This document shows positions 19,005 through 27,928 of a stretch of 64,000 nucleotides of DNA, piece by piece (positions within the stretch are counted from its first letter, which is position 1; the number at the start of each line of letters is the position of its first letter). Source of the stretch: Bacteroidota bacterium (GTDB lineage: Bacteria; Bacteroidota; Ignavibacteria; UBA10030; UBA8401); assembly GCA_020052095.1 (NCBI GenBank), contig JAGVPT010000185.1, positions 4,769 through 68,768 of the forward strand, given 5' to 3'. The position numbers were made by a program, and so were the translations under genes. The notes under the pieces were generated by a model. That model had not been told where the DNA came from. It worked only from the letters and a program-made list of their open reading frames with translations, and searched no databases.

Positions 19005-19424
19005 GTGGTGATGGACTTGTCTTTTCTGCCAACCGTGAACGCTTTCTTGAATGGACTGACCGGCGCATTGCTGTTAGTTGGTTATTTTTTTATTCGAAAA
19101 GGGAACCGATCCATACACAAAAGAGTGATGCTGACTGCTTTCTCAACCTCAATCTTGTTCTTAATCTCCTACCTTTACTATCACGCTCACGTCGGATCCA
19201 TCCCCTTCAAAGGAACAGGCGTGGCGCGTCCCGTTTACTTTACAATTCTCGTCTCACATTCGATTCTTGCGGCAGTAATTGTGCCCATGGCAATCGTCAC
19301 GCTATCTCGCGCATTGTCATCCCGATTTGACAAACACAAAAAACTCGCTCGCTGGACGCTCCCAATTTGGCTTTACGTGTCGGTGACAGGAGTGACAGTA
19401 TATGTGATGCTGTATCATCTGTGA
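19005..19424 (+). CDS. DUF420-family membrane protein (CtaM-like oxidase accessory factor)
   Basis: 139 aa, 4 TM, conserved His-containing helices typical of DUF420, which is associated with aa3 oxidase operons. Confidence 0.6.
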   Translation: MVMDLSFLPTVNAFLNGLTGALLLVGYFFIRKGNRSIHKRVMLTAFSTSILFLISYLYYHAHVGSIPFKGTGVARPVYFTILVSHSILAAVIVPMAIVTLSRALSSRFDKHKKLARWTLPIWLYVSVTGVTVYVMLYHL

Positions 19425-19464
19425 AGAACAGACTTAGGTGGACTGAGGGGCCGGAAATGAAAAA

Positions 19465-19493
19465 GGCTGGTCCCGACGTGGTCGGGATCAGCC
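19465..19493. terminator. Bidirectional intrinsic terminator between convergent DUF420 gene and PNP gene
   Basis: GGCTGGTCCCGAC-gtg-GTCGGGATCAGCC hairpin (one mismatch), flanked by an A-run upstream and a T-rich stretch downstream. Confidence 0.5.
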
Positions 19494-19537
19494 TTTGTAT
19501 TGTACGAGCGGTGATGGCGCCGGAGAGATCCGGCCGG

Positions 19538-20368
19538 TTAACCGATATGCAATACAATTTCCGTCAATAGTCTTGTAAAATTGTGCTTCACTCTGTTGGC
19601 GACTTCAGTGACCTCGGCATGGTTTAGCTTGTTACTGCTTAATCCGGTCGCCAAATTGGTGACGCAGGAAATTCCAAGCACCTCCATTCCATAATTCGCG
19701 GCGACGATTACCTCGGGAACGGTGGACATACCGACGGCATCTGCGCCGAAGTTTGCCATCATGCGGATCTCCGCTGCCGATTCGTACATCGGCCCCTTCG
19801 TCCAACAATAGACTCCTTCCTTAAACGGAATGTTGTTTTCGAGCGCAATCGATTGTGCCTTTAAAAGCAATTCATGACTGAATGGGGATCGCCCTCTACC
19901 GGTCTCGTTCGTTTTCCTTCCGATGAGAGGACTTTCAAATGTTGCATTGATGTAATCTTTTATGAACATCAAATCGCCAGGCGAAAGCTGTGGGTTAATT
20001 CCCCCGGCGGCGTTAGTCACAATGATTGTTTTGATGCCGATACGATGTGCGACTTCGATGGGATAGACGACGATATCGTTGTCGTTACTTTCATACAAAT
20101 GAATCCGACCTTGAAACACCATCAGATCGGCCGATGTGCCACTCCCCGATCGGATTTTGCCGAAGAGAATCTTACCGGCATGACCTTCAACTGATGAAAT
20201 TGGGTAATGCGGAATGTTTTTTGTGTCGATCGAAATCTTGCCGATGAGTTGGTTGCCGAAATCCCCGAGGCCCGAACCAAGCACAACGCTGATTGTAGGC
20301 TGCGTCGATATTTTTGATTTGATGTATTCGACGGAAGCGTTGATATGCGATTGATAATCGACGTTCAT
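19538..20368 (-). CDS. Purine nucleoside phosphorylase (PNP family I, PunA/MTAP-like)
   Basis: PNP-I motifs (VVLGSGLG, VEGHAGKILFG, MSTVPEVIVA); 276 aa. Confidence 0.85.
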   Translation of the reverse strand: MNVDYQSHINASVEYIKSKISTQPTISVVLGSGLGDFGNQLIGKISIDTKNIPHYPISSVEGHAGKILFGKIRSGSGTSADLMVFQGRIHLYESNDNDIVVYPIEVAHRIGIKTIIVTNAAGGINPQLSPGDLMFIKDYINATFESPLIGRKTNETGRGRSPFSHELLLKAQSIALENNIPFKEGVYCWTKGPMYESAAEIRMMANFGADAVGMSTVPEVIVAANYGMEVLGISCVTNLATGLSSNKLNHAEVTEVANRVKHNFTRLLTEIVLHIG

Positions 20369-20369
20369 C

Positions 20370-21722
20370 TTATGAGCCTACCAAGATGCCGGCAATAGTT
20401 GCGGTCATTAAAGTGGCCAAACTCCCACCAAGCACGGCGCGGAGTCCGAGGGAGGCGATGTCTTTCTTCCGCTCAGGCGCGAGGGGGCCGATTCCGCCGA
20501 TCTGAATCGCGATGGAGGAAAAATTCGCAAAACCGCAAAGAGCATAGGTTGCCATCATCACTCCCTTTTCACTCATTGCATTTGCTTTTAGAAGGGAAGC
20601 GAGATCGAGATATGCGACGAATTCATTAAGGACAATCTTTGTTCCGAACAAGCTGCCGAAGTGCATGGCATCCGCCCATGGAACGCCGATGCCAACCGCA
20701 AGATATCGCAAGACAAGTCCGAAAATGAGTTGCAGTGAAAGGGGCGCTCCATAATTCGCCTGTAACATTCCGTTCACGTGAAGAAGGTCGCCGACGGCAA
20801 GAAAGAGGTAATTGAAGAGGGCAATGAGCGCGATGAAGGCGAGAAGCATGCCGGCGACGTTGAGCGACAATTGCAGTCCATCTCCTGCGCCGGTTGCAGC
20901 GGCCTCAATCACGTTGGATGCATTTTTTGGAATGTCGAGTTTCACGGTCCCCCTCGTAACCGGCTCGCCTACCTCGGGATAAATTATTTTTGAAATCGCA
21001 AGCGAGGCGGGAGCCGCCATCGTGCTTGCGGCGAGTAACTGCACCGCAAATTTTAATTGTGCCTCCGCCAATGGAATATGGTGCGCCTCGGCAAACGACT
21101 GTCCCAGCATTTGAATGTACCCTGCCATGACGCCGCCGGCGATCGTTGCCATTCCACCGACCATAATGGTGAGGATTTCTGAATTTGTCATTTTCCCTAT
21201 ATACGGACGAATGAACAACGGTGCTTCCGTCTGTCCGACGAAGATATTTGCCGTATTGGAAAGGGATTCAGCTCCGCTCGTTCCCATCGACTTTGCCATG
21301 ACCCATGCCATACCCTTCACAACCAATTGAAGTATCCCCAGATAGTACAGAATCGAAGTAAGTGACGATACGAAAATGATTGTGGGGAGGACTTGAAATG
21401 CAAAAAAGAAGCCAATGCTATCGGGACCAGAATTGATCGCGAGTTTCCCAAAAACGAACTCCGACCCCTTCGTCGTGAATCCGAGCAGGCTTACTACAGC
21501 GCCGCCAAGCCAGTCCACGCTGTCCTTCAACCATCCAAGCGGAAAGAACCATGAACGAAGCGTCTCGCTATGAATGATCAGGATGGCAAAACCGAGCTGT
21601 ATACCCAAGCCGGTGGCCACCAGACGCCAATTTACTCTCCTCTTATTGTTCGAAAAAAGAAAGGCGATTCCAATCAGCAGGATGATTCCTAGAATTCCAC
21701 GAAGCACGGAGATCATATCCAT
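20370..21722 (-). CDS. nupC: Concentrative nucleoside transporter (NupC/CNT family)
   Basis: 450 aa polytopic membrane protein with NupC-like conserved segments (GFTTKGSEFVFG, IALIALFNYL). Confidence 0.75.
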   Translation of the reverse strand: MDMISVLRGILGIILLIGIAFLFSNNKRRVNWRLVATGLGIQLGFAILIIHSETLRSWFFPLGWLKDSVDWLGGAVVSLLGFTTKGSEFVFGKLAINSGPDSIGFFFAFQVLPTIIFVSSLTSILYYLGILQLVVKGMAWVMAKSMGTSGAESLSNTANIFVGQTEAPLFIRPYIGKMTNSEILTIMVGGMATIAGGVMAGYIQMLGQSFAEAHHIPLAEAQLKFAVQLLAASTMAAPASLAISKIIYPEVGEPVTRGTVKLDIPKNASNVIEAAATGAGDGLQLSLNVAGMLLAFIALIALFNYLFLAVGDLLHVNGMLQANYGAPLSLQLIFGLVLRYLAVGIGVPWADAMHFGSLFGTKIVLNEFVAYLDLASLLKANAMSEKGVMMATYALCGFANFSSIAIQIGGIGPLAPERKKDIASLGLRAVLGGSLATLMTATIAGILVGS

Positions 21723-21759
21723 CGTTTATCTCTTCTTCATTTAGTGAAAAAGCTACGAG

Positions 21760-22332
21760 CTATTCTTTGGGAGGTCTGAAACAGAGACGGCAGCGCGCCT
21801 CGTAGAGATCTTTCGCGCCGACCACGACGCGTTCGTGAGAATCGGATGTTCGCTGGGTACGGTCTGCCGGGTTTCCACATACGACACAGATGGCGAGCGT
21901 CTTGGTGATGTACTCGGCAACGGCAAGAAGCTGCGGCATTGGCTCGAAAGGCTTGCCTCGATAATCTTGGTCAAGCCCCGCGACGATAACTCGCTTACCT
22001 TCATTCGCCAGTTGCTCGCAGACGTCAACAATTTTCGCACTGAAGAATTGTCCTTCATCCACGCCGATGACCTGCGCTTCGGAGGAAAGCGCTAGAATCT
22101 CTTCGGCTGTTTCAACGACTGTAGAAATGAGCGATTGTTCGCTATGCGAGACTATGTGATTCGAGCTGTACCGATTGTCTATGCGGGGTTTGAAGATTAT
22201 CACTTTCTGTCGGGCGATCTGTGCGCGCCGCATCCGGCGAATTAATTCCTCAGTCTTGCCGCTGAACATACATCCGGCGATGACTTCGATCCATCCTGTG
22301 TTTTTCGGGTTGGAATGAAGGGTTGTTTCCAT
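21760..22332 (-). CDS. tdk: Thymidine kinase
   Basis: P-loop [11 protein letters not shown] and C-terminal Zn ribbon CVVCG...CRLC. The start is set at the internal METTLHS; the listed ORF start at 22425 adds a non-conserved extension. Confidence 0.85.
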   Translation of the reverse strand: METTLHSNPKNTGWIEVIAGCMFSGKTEELIRRMRRAQIARQKVIIFKPRIDNRYSSNHIVSHSEQSLISTVVETAEEILALSSEAQVIGVDEGQFFSAKIVDVCEQLANEGKRVIVAGLDQDYRGKPFEPMPQLLAVAEYITKTLAICVVCGNPADRTQRTSDSHERVVVGAKDLYEARCRLCFRPPKE

Positions 22333-22452
22333 TAAGGGGAGTGGATTCTGGTGATATTGACGGTGATTTCCGTGAAAAATATAGAAAAATGGACTCGGAA
22401 AAGCAAGGGAAGGCTGGTGCCTCATCTTGGAGGACTTGCAGCAGTGAACCAG

Positions 22453-22483
22453 CTATCCGATTGCTGCGAGCAATCGGATAGCT
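22453..22483. repeat. 31-bp perfect palindromic repeat (copy 2): GCTATCCGATTGCT-gcg-AGCAATCGGATAGC, plus conserved 3' tail tcgaaactgcaccactgcc
   Basis: Exact arm identity with copy 1. The tail is shared with copies 3 and 4. Confidence 0.8.
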
Positions 22484-22589
22484 CGAAACTGCACCACTGC
22501 CAAGGAAGGCGTTCGATGTGTTGTGTCTCTGTTGTCCTTGAAGAGGGAGAGTCTCGTTGGTGAACTCCATTTTCTCGTTAAGCACCACC

Positions 22590-22760
22590 CCTTAGTCTCC
22601 TCCTCAATGAGGAAGGGCAGGCCCGGCCTGTCCGCTCAACGAGTCGTCTACGACCCTAAGGGTCGGTAGAGCTCAACGAGTCGAGTCGTCGACCGTAGGG
22701 AGTCTTCGACCGTCTTTTTGGCGGACCTGTCCGCCGTCTTTTTGGCGGAAGCGCCAGGGG
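22590..22760. repeat. GC-rich composite repeat, copy C (partial, inverted) with adjacent short direct repeat
   Basis: cgtctacgaccctaagggtcggtagagctcaacgagtcgagtcgtcgacc is about 80% identical to the reverse complement of 18757-18806. Followed by ccgtctttttggcgga repeated twice, around a ggcggac/gtccgcc hairpin. Confidence 0.5.
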
Positions 22761-22840
22761 TGGTGGCAAACAATCCCGCTAGAAGTGTCTCACTTTCCTT
22801 GGGACACGGAGAGCTTCATTGTTGGCTCCCATCGGCAAGC

Positions 22841-24073
22841 TTACTGTAGTGTAATTTTTGTGATTTCCGGCGGGCAATTCACACGGAAGGGGACACCGAC
22901 GGTTCCGATCCCCCGTGTAACATACATTTGGGCATTGTTAAATTTATAGAGTCCCCAAACGTATTTGGAAAATAACGTCGCCGGCGAGATGTACGTGTTG
23001 CCGATCTTCGCAAAAACAACCTGCCCACCGTGTGTATGTCCGGCGAGGGTTAGGTCGATGTTATGTCCGGCGATCGTCTCGAGAAAGTACGGTTTGTGGC
23101 AGAGTAGGATCTTTGGGTTGGAATTCTGGACCGATGATAGCGCGCGGGCAAGATATGTTTCGGGTTTGCCGCTCATCGGAATATCGTCGACCCCAATCAC
23201 GTTAATGAATGAATTTCCTTTGTGAATCTTGACTGCACCGTCCCGCAAAAGCTTGACGCCGCAAGCATCGACTTCTTTTGCCACAACATCCACATCGGCA
23301 AAGTAATCGTGGTTGCCAAGACAGCCGTAGATTCCGTACGGCGCACGTAGGGCGGAAAACGCTTCCGCGAATGGATAGACTTCCTCAGTCTGACTGTTGA
23401 CGAAATCCCCCGGTACGAAAATTATATCGGTTTTCAGATTATTGAGGGCGGCAACATAGTCATCCATCTCCGGCTTTGTCATGAACACGCTGGAATGAAT
23501 GTCGCTCATCAATCCAACAGTGAATCCCTTGAATTCATCCGGCAGATTAGCGATTTGCACGGTCTTTTCAATGATGTCATATTCGTCTCGGTCGATTACT
23601 CCTTTTGCAGCGCCGATAAAGGAATATGCAGACAACGCCACTGCGCCTGTTTTCAAGAAGACACGACGCGACTTGTCAAAATGTTCGTATCCCGGTGTCG
23701 ATTTCATTGCAATAATTTTTCGCTGAAGTGGATGATTGAGTTTTCCTAGCTGATAGATCATGTCAAAGGGAAGTTTGAGAATTCTCAGAATTCCCAGCGC
23801 CAAAAAAATAAAAAAAGTCGCACCATGCCACACATAAAAAGGCAAAACGGCCGCGTAGAGAAAAGGCTTCGAGAACTCAGTCAAGAAGACGCGATGAAAG
23901 AGGAGAACCAGGAGCGGCGCGTTGAACAGAAGGAAAAGAAACGACACAAGGCGCGAAGTCCACGGAGGGATTTTTCCATTGCTCTTGATCGACGAAAGGG
24001 AGCGCTTGTGCAAATACCATTGAATTAGTGTAACCAATATTTGAAAAATGAAAAATCCCGTCGTTCGGTTCAT
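22841..24073 (-). CDS. Membrane-anchored metallophosphoesterase (calcineurin-like phosphoesterase)
   Basis: Several N-terminal TM helices, then GDFV, GNHD and GHTHGGQ metallophosphoesterase motifs. Confidence 0.75.
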   Translation of the reverse strand: MNRTTGFFIFQILVTLIQWYLHKRSLSSIKSNGKIPPWTSRLVSFLFLLFNAPLLVLLFHRVFLTEFSKPFLYAAVLPFYVWHGATFFIFLALGILRILKLPFDMIYQLGKLNHPLQRKIIAMKSTPGYEHFDKSRRVFLKTGAVALSAYSFIGAAKGVIDRDEYDIIEKTVQIANLPDEFKGFTVGLMSDIHSSVFMTKPEMDDYVAALNNLKTDIIFVPGDFVNSQTEEVYPFAEAFSALRAPYGIYGCLGNHDYFADVDVVAKEVDACGVKLLRDGAVKIHKGNSFINVIGVDDIPMSGKPETYLARALSSVQNSNPKILLCHKPYFLETIAGHNIDLTLAGHTHGGQVVFAKIGNTYISPATLFSKYVWGLYKFNNAQMYVTRGIGTVGVPFRVNCPPEITKITLQ

Positions 24074-24250
24074 CGATATCCGATGTTGGTGAATGCCCCA
24101 TAAATCCCTGCGAGAATACGTATGATCTTAGAGCGGGGGACTTTGAATAGATTGACGTTCTTTTGCAAAAGGGATTGTATAATATAACGATTTTCCCAGA
24201 AATTTGATGCATTCATCTCTATAAGGTAATGCCGCATTTGCAGCGGGCAA

Positions 24251-24305
24251 GAAACTGTCCGATTGCTGAGAGCAATCGGATAGCTCGAAACTGTACCGCT
24301 GCCCT
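24251..24305. repeat. Palindromic repeat copy 3 (left arm partly degenerate) with conserved tail
   Basis: gaaactgTCCGATTGCTgagAGCAATCGGATAGCtcgaaactgtaccgctgcc. The arms are 12/14 relative to the other copies, and the tail is identical in pattern to copy 2. Confidence 0.7.
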
Positions 24306-24473
24306 CTATGAAGAATCACCGATTTCATTGATTCTATTGAATAACAACCCGACGAAACCTATAATTCCGATCCCGAAAATAATCCTTGATTTTCGGGGAC
24401 GGTTTTGCTATTTTTGTTTCAGTTCAGACGCCCAAAGACACGGGCTTTTTTGGTTTGAGAGGAGTAAGATATT

Positions 24474-24815
24474 ATGTATTCGTTCCTGTTAGCAATTGAG
24501 ATCATTGTCAGTATTCTTCTAATAATAGTAATTCTGATGCAAAACAGTAAGGGGGGAGGTCTGGCAGGTTCTTTGGGAGGCGGAAATTTTGGGACAGTAT
24601 TTGGTGTGCGACGCACCGCAGATTTTCTGACACGTGCTACAACAATACTGGCAACAACGTTCATAGCCCTGGCTTTGATCATCAACATCTTCTACTTACC
24701 TGGAAAAGGTGCTTCATCCAAGGAAAGCGTGATCCAGAGCGGCCAGACAACTGTGCCGCCGGCACAATTGCCACCGCAAACTCAACCATCGCCCACAAAT
24801 TCGCCCCAAAAATAG
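24474..24815 (+). CDS. secG: Preprotein translocase subunit SecG
   Basis: Two TM helices with a Gly-rich loop QNSKGGGLAGSLGGGNFG; P/Q-rich C-terminal tail. Confidence 0.7.
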   Translation: MYSFLLAIEIIVSILLIIVILMQNSKGGGLAGSLGGGNFGTVFGVRRTADFLTRATTILATTFIALALIINIFYLPGKGASSKESVIQSGQTTVPPAQLPPQTQPSPTNSPQK

Positions 24816-24831
24816 GCCTTAGGTTGTCCAA

Positions 24832-24904
24832 GCACCCATGGCTCAATTGGTAGAGCAACTGACTCTTAATCAGTGGGTTCCAGGTTCGAGTCCTGGTGGG
24901 TGCA
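24832..24904 (+). tRNA. tRNA-Lys (anticodon CTT)
   Basis: Hand-folded cloverleaf. Acceptor gcaccca/tgggtgc, D stem gctc/gagc, anticodon stem actga/tcagt with loop cTCTTaa, T arm ccagg-ttcgagt-cctgg. 73 nt, CCA not encoded. Confidence 0.9.
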
Positions 24905-24913
24905 CAGAAAAAT

Positions 24914-24936
24914 GTCCGCAAAAGCGGACTTTTTTT
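24914..24936 (+). terminator. Intrinsic terminator after secG-tRNA-Lys
   Basis: GTCCGC-aaaa-GCGGAC hairpin followed by TTTTTTT. Confidence 0.6.
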
Positions 24937-25017
24937 ATAAATAGGCCGATAATTCACCCATCGACTAGTCTTTTTTGCCGGATTGACCGTTTTTCTCGCT
25001 AATTGGCTGTTTTCTTC

Positions 25018-25045
25018 TTGACAAATCTAAAAATTCTGTTATATT
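25018..25045 (+). promoter_or_regulatory. Candidate sigma70-type promoter for the 25184-30495 operon
   Basis: TTGACA (25018-25023), 16 nt, TATATT (25040-25045). Confidence 0.3.
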
Positions 25046-25183
25046 ACTGCCAATTACACGATAGTATGCAAGCAGTATTTAAGTTGTTTGCGGTAATTTC
25101 TTCTAGAACGTAATGCTGGTTTTTGGGATTGTGCCGCAGGGTATTCTAAAAACTCATACACTCACAATGCGCAGACAAACATT

Positions 25184-26308
25184 ATGCACTCCCGGTCCAA
25201 TTATCTTTTTGTAATTGGTTTCATCGTCATTTCCAGTGTTTTACTCCCCGTTGTAGCCGGAGCCCAGCAGCAACCCCAAGATCAAGCAGCACTCGCAACA
25301 AAAATTCCTGTTACGGAGAACTCCGCCCTTATCTCAATATTCCCAAAATTTGAAATAGCGGTCGATACTGCACTCGCATCAATGTCACAAGCAGCCCGGG
25401 AAGTCAGCCCTAGCATCAGAACCTTGTTGGTGTACAAATTGAAAGTGCGATGGCCGTTTAAGGAGGAATTGCGGTATTCGGAAATTCAGTTCCTCTCCAG
25501 CTACTTTGAACAGAAGTTGAAGAATGCTCTCACCCGCGATCGGAGATTTGCAGCAGTGGGGGCACAGGATCTAAAGACCCTTTCATTTAAAGCGACCGAC
25601 AGTTCTCTTCAAGTGAAGAATACGTACTCAGAAGATGAAATCCGCAACTATGCAAGAGCCCATAGTGTCGACGGCATTGTGTCTGCAGATGTTTTGATTT
25701 CTTCGAATCAGATCCTAATGTTTGTTAGCATCAATGATCTGAATGGTGTGACGGTATGGAGCAAGGAATTGAAAGCGGAATACCGGGTTCTCCCCACCGA
25801 TCCCGCAGCGGAACTTGCCAACCAATATGCGCTGAAAAGAAAAACCGGATTGATCGAAAATTATTTAACTGTTGGATTCCAACTTGGGACACCCTACAGG
25901 TTGGGTCAAAAAGATTCTGCGGGGAGTGTCGGCTTTTATTCGGTAGGATATCGCCTCAACGAAATGGCGACCATTTTGGATTTTCTCAAATTCTATATCG
26001 ATTCACGATTGATCGGCACCTCGAAACTTGGGCTTATGGGAATAATTGTACAGCCGGGATTTTCTTTCGAAATCATCGGCGATGAACAAATCGGTCCGGG
26101 GATATTAATGCTTGACCTTGGAGGTGGCTTCGACCTCTCGTTCAAGAATGGGGGAATTGCCGAATCCTACTACGGGGGATTATCGTTGCGTTTGAGCAGA
26201 AACGTCGGGATAACAGGATTCTATAACGGCATTGCAATCAAGGATAGCTTCGACAGTTATGACTTAGGTGGTCCGGTGTACGGAATGCAAGTGAACTTCG
26301 TTTTATAA
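25184..26308 (+). CDS. Secreted beta-rich protein (possible outer-membrane protein), unknown function; first gene of the MotAB/FliG-like operon
   Basis: Signal peptide followed by AQQQ. The C-terminal third has alternating hydrophobic beta-strand-like segments (GILMLDLGGGFDLSF, YGGLSLRLSRN, GMQVNFVL). Confidence 0.5.
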   Translation: MHSRSNYLFVIGFIVISSVLLPVVAGAQQQPQDQAALATKIPVTENSALISIFPKFEIAVDTALASMSQAAREVSPSIRTLLVYKLKVRWPFKEELRYSEIQFLSSYFEQKLKNALTRDRRFAAVGAQDLKTLSFKATDSSLQVKNTYSEDEIRNYARAHSVDGIVSADVLISSNQILMFVSINDLNGVTVWSKELKAEYRVLPTDPAAELANQYALKRKTGLIENYLTVGFQLGTPYRLGQKDSAGSVGFYSVGYRLNEMATILDFLKFYIDSRLIGTSKLGLMGIIVQPGFSFEIIGDEQIGPGILMLDLGGGFDLSFKNGGIAESYYGGLSLRLSRNVGITGFYNGIAIKDSFDSYDLGGPVYGMQVNFVL

Positions 26309-26327
26309 CAGAGATCAGGATTACACA

Positions 26328-27056
26328 ATGAATAGATTGTTAGGTATTCTGGTCGTTGGCGGGTTGATGTCAACGTACTGTTTATCGCAGGATAACGCGG
26401 CGGCGACAGACACAACCGTTCGATCGGAAGCAAAGCCCTCCAACACGCAACAACAGAAAGAAAGTTATCAGCAGAGAGAGAGTGGCACGCCATCGGCCCC
26501 GGCATCGGTGAAGTTGAATACGCCTACGCTTAACATGGACGTGTTGCTCGACCTCTACAACAAAGACATCGATTTTACGATTGACTATTCGGGTCAAGCC
26601 TTGAAGCAGCCCAGACAAGGTACGGCGGGAGAGGGTGAGGAGGGAAAACCTCAGACGGCTAAACAGAAGAAGCGGGCAGCAGAAGTGACCGAAGATCTGT
26701 TGAAACCGCGTGAAGAGGACCTTTCCACCGATATCCAAGATATTGTCGACACGTCAAGGGCAAGAAAGAAGCAAGCGAAGCAGGGGACCTATACAAAGGA
26801 GGACGCTGACTATAATAAAGCGCTCTTCAACCTTCAAGAAGCTCAGAAACTTTTCTCGGAACGGCGTTACCCGCAGGCTCTTGTGGAAATAAATAAGTCC
26901 GTCGATTCGGCCCCGAACATGGCGTTGGCTTATGCAGTGCGCGGATCCATTTATTATATGTTGAGGCAATTTCAAGAAGCGAAATCAAGTTGGGAAAAGG
27001 CGCTCGAGCTTGACCCATCAATGGACAATGTGAGAGCAATTCTCTATCGAATGTAA
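26328..27056 (+). CDS. Secreted TPR-repeat protein
   Basis: Signal peptide, a low-complexity Q/K-rich region, and C-terminal TPR-like helices (ALFNLQEAQKLFSERRYPQALVEINKSV...AYAVRGSIYYMLRQFQEAKSSWEKALELDP). Confidence 0.6.
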   Translation: MNRLLGILVVGGLMSTYCLSQDNAAATDTTVRSEAKPSNTQQQKESYQQRESGTPSAPASVKLNTPTLNMDVLLDLYNKDIDFTIDYSGQALKQPRQGTAGEGEEGKPQTAKQKKRAAEVTEDLLKPREEDLSTDIQDIVDTSRARKKQAKQGTYTKEDADYNKALFNLQEAQKLFSERRYPQALVEINKSVDSAPNMALAYAVRGSIYYMLRQFQEAKSSWEKALELDPSMDNVRAILYRM

Positions 27057-27074
27057 TTAATTGAAAGGTCCACA

Positions 27075-27923
27075 ATGAATTCAACCTTTATCGGATATAT
27101 TCTTTTCGGGATCGGTGCTTACATCCTCCTGATTATCGGTCAGGACACGGCGACGGTCGAGGCATTACAAAAAGGATATGTTCCAGAGTCCATGATCAAT
27201 TACATTCATATCCCGGGAATTATCTTTGTCGTTCTGGGAGTAAGCTCATCGATGCTCATCAGCTACAATTTCAGAGAGTTGATCGGAGCCGCTCGAGCCT
27301 TGTATTTCGTGTACATCAAGAACAAAATCAATTTTTCTATCTATCTGGACGCGATCAAGGATATCGCTCAGTACTCCAACACGCACGACATCGAATCGCT
27401 CGAGGAATATGCGAACCAAATCAAGTATCCATTCCTTCGAGACGGGGTTCTCATGCTCGTGAACGGCTATAAGAAGGAAGAGGTGAAGGAGATTCTCGTC
27501 TCACGCATTGAGAATGAAGCGCAACGAGAGCTGACCGATGTGAATATCTTTAAAGCTGCGGCACGCTACTCACCGGGCTATGGCATGTTGGGAACAACAG
27601 TCGGTTTGATCCAGATGTTTTCAACGAAGATCGATGCCGCTGCAGGATTTGGACCGATCCTGCAGGCTTTGGCGGTGGCCTTCACGACAACACTCTACGG
27701 ATTGTTACTTTCCAATTTTATTTTTGCACCATTCGCCGATAAGATCGAGAAACGGACGGACGAAGAGGCTCTCCTGAAGACCATGATCATCGAAGGATTA
27801 TGCCTCATAGTCGACAAGAAGCATCCTATATTCATCCAAGATAAATTAGGATCATATGTTCCCCAAAGCCGGGCACTGGCTGTTCCGGCGGTGACGCAAC
27901 TTTCGACTGAAGGCGGAGGCTAA
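27075..27923 (+). CDS. motA: MotA/PomA-family proton-channel stator protein
   Basis: 4-TM architecture with the MotA/TolQ/ExbB C-terminal signature GPILQALAVAFTTTLYGLLLSNFIFAPFADKIEKR. Confidence 0.8.
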   Translation: MNSTFIGYILFGIGAYILLIIGQDTATVEALQKGYVPESMINYIHIPGIIFVVLGVSSSMLISYNFRELIGAARALYFVYIKNKINFSIYLDAIKDIAQYSNTHDIESLEEYANQIKYPFLRDGVLMLVNGYKKEEVKEILVSRIENEAQRELTDVNIFKAAARYSPGYGMLGTTVGLIQMFSTKIDAAAGFGPILQALAVAFTTTLYGLLLSNFIFAPFADKIEKRTDEEALLKTMIIEGLCLIVDKKHPIFIQDKLGSYVPQSRALAVPAVTQLSTEGGG

Positions 27924-27928
27924 GAACA

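Noticed and set aside
22700-22760. Direct repeat CCGTCTTTTTGGCGGA x2, considered as a CRISPR remnant
   Set aside because: Only two 16-nt units separated by 5 nt, no regular spacers, no cas genes; part of the GC-rich repeat copy C.
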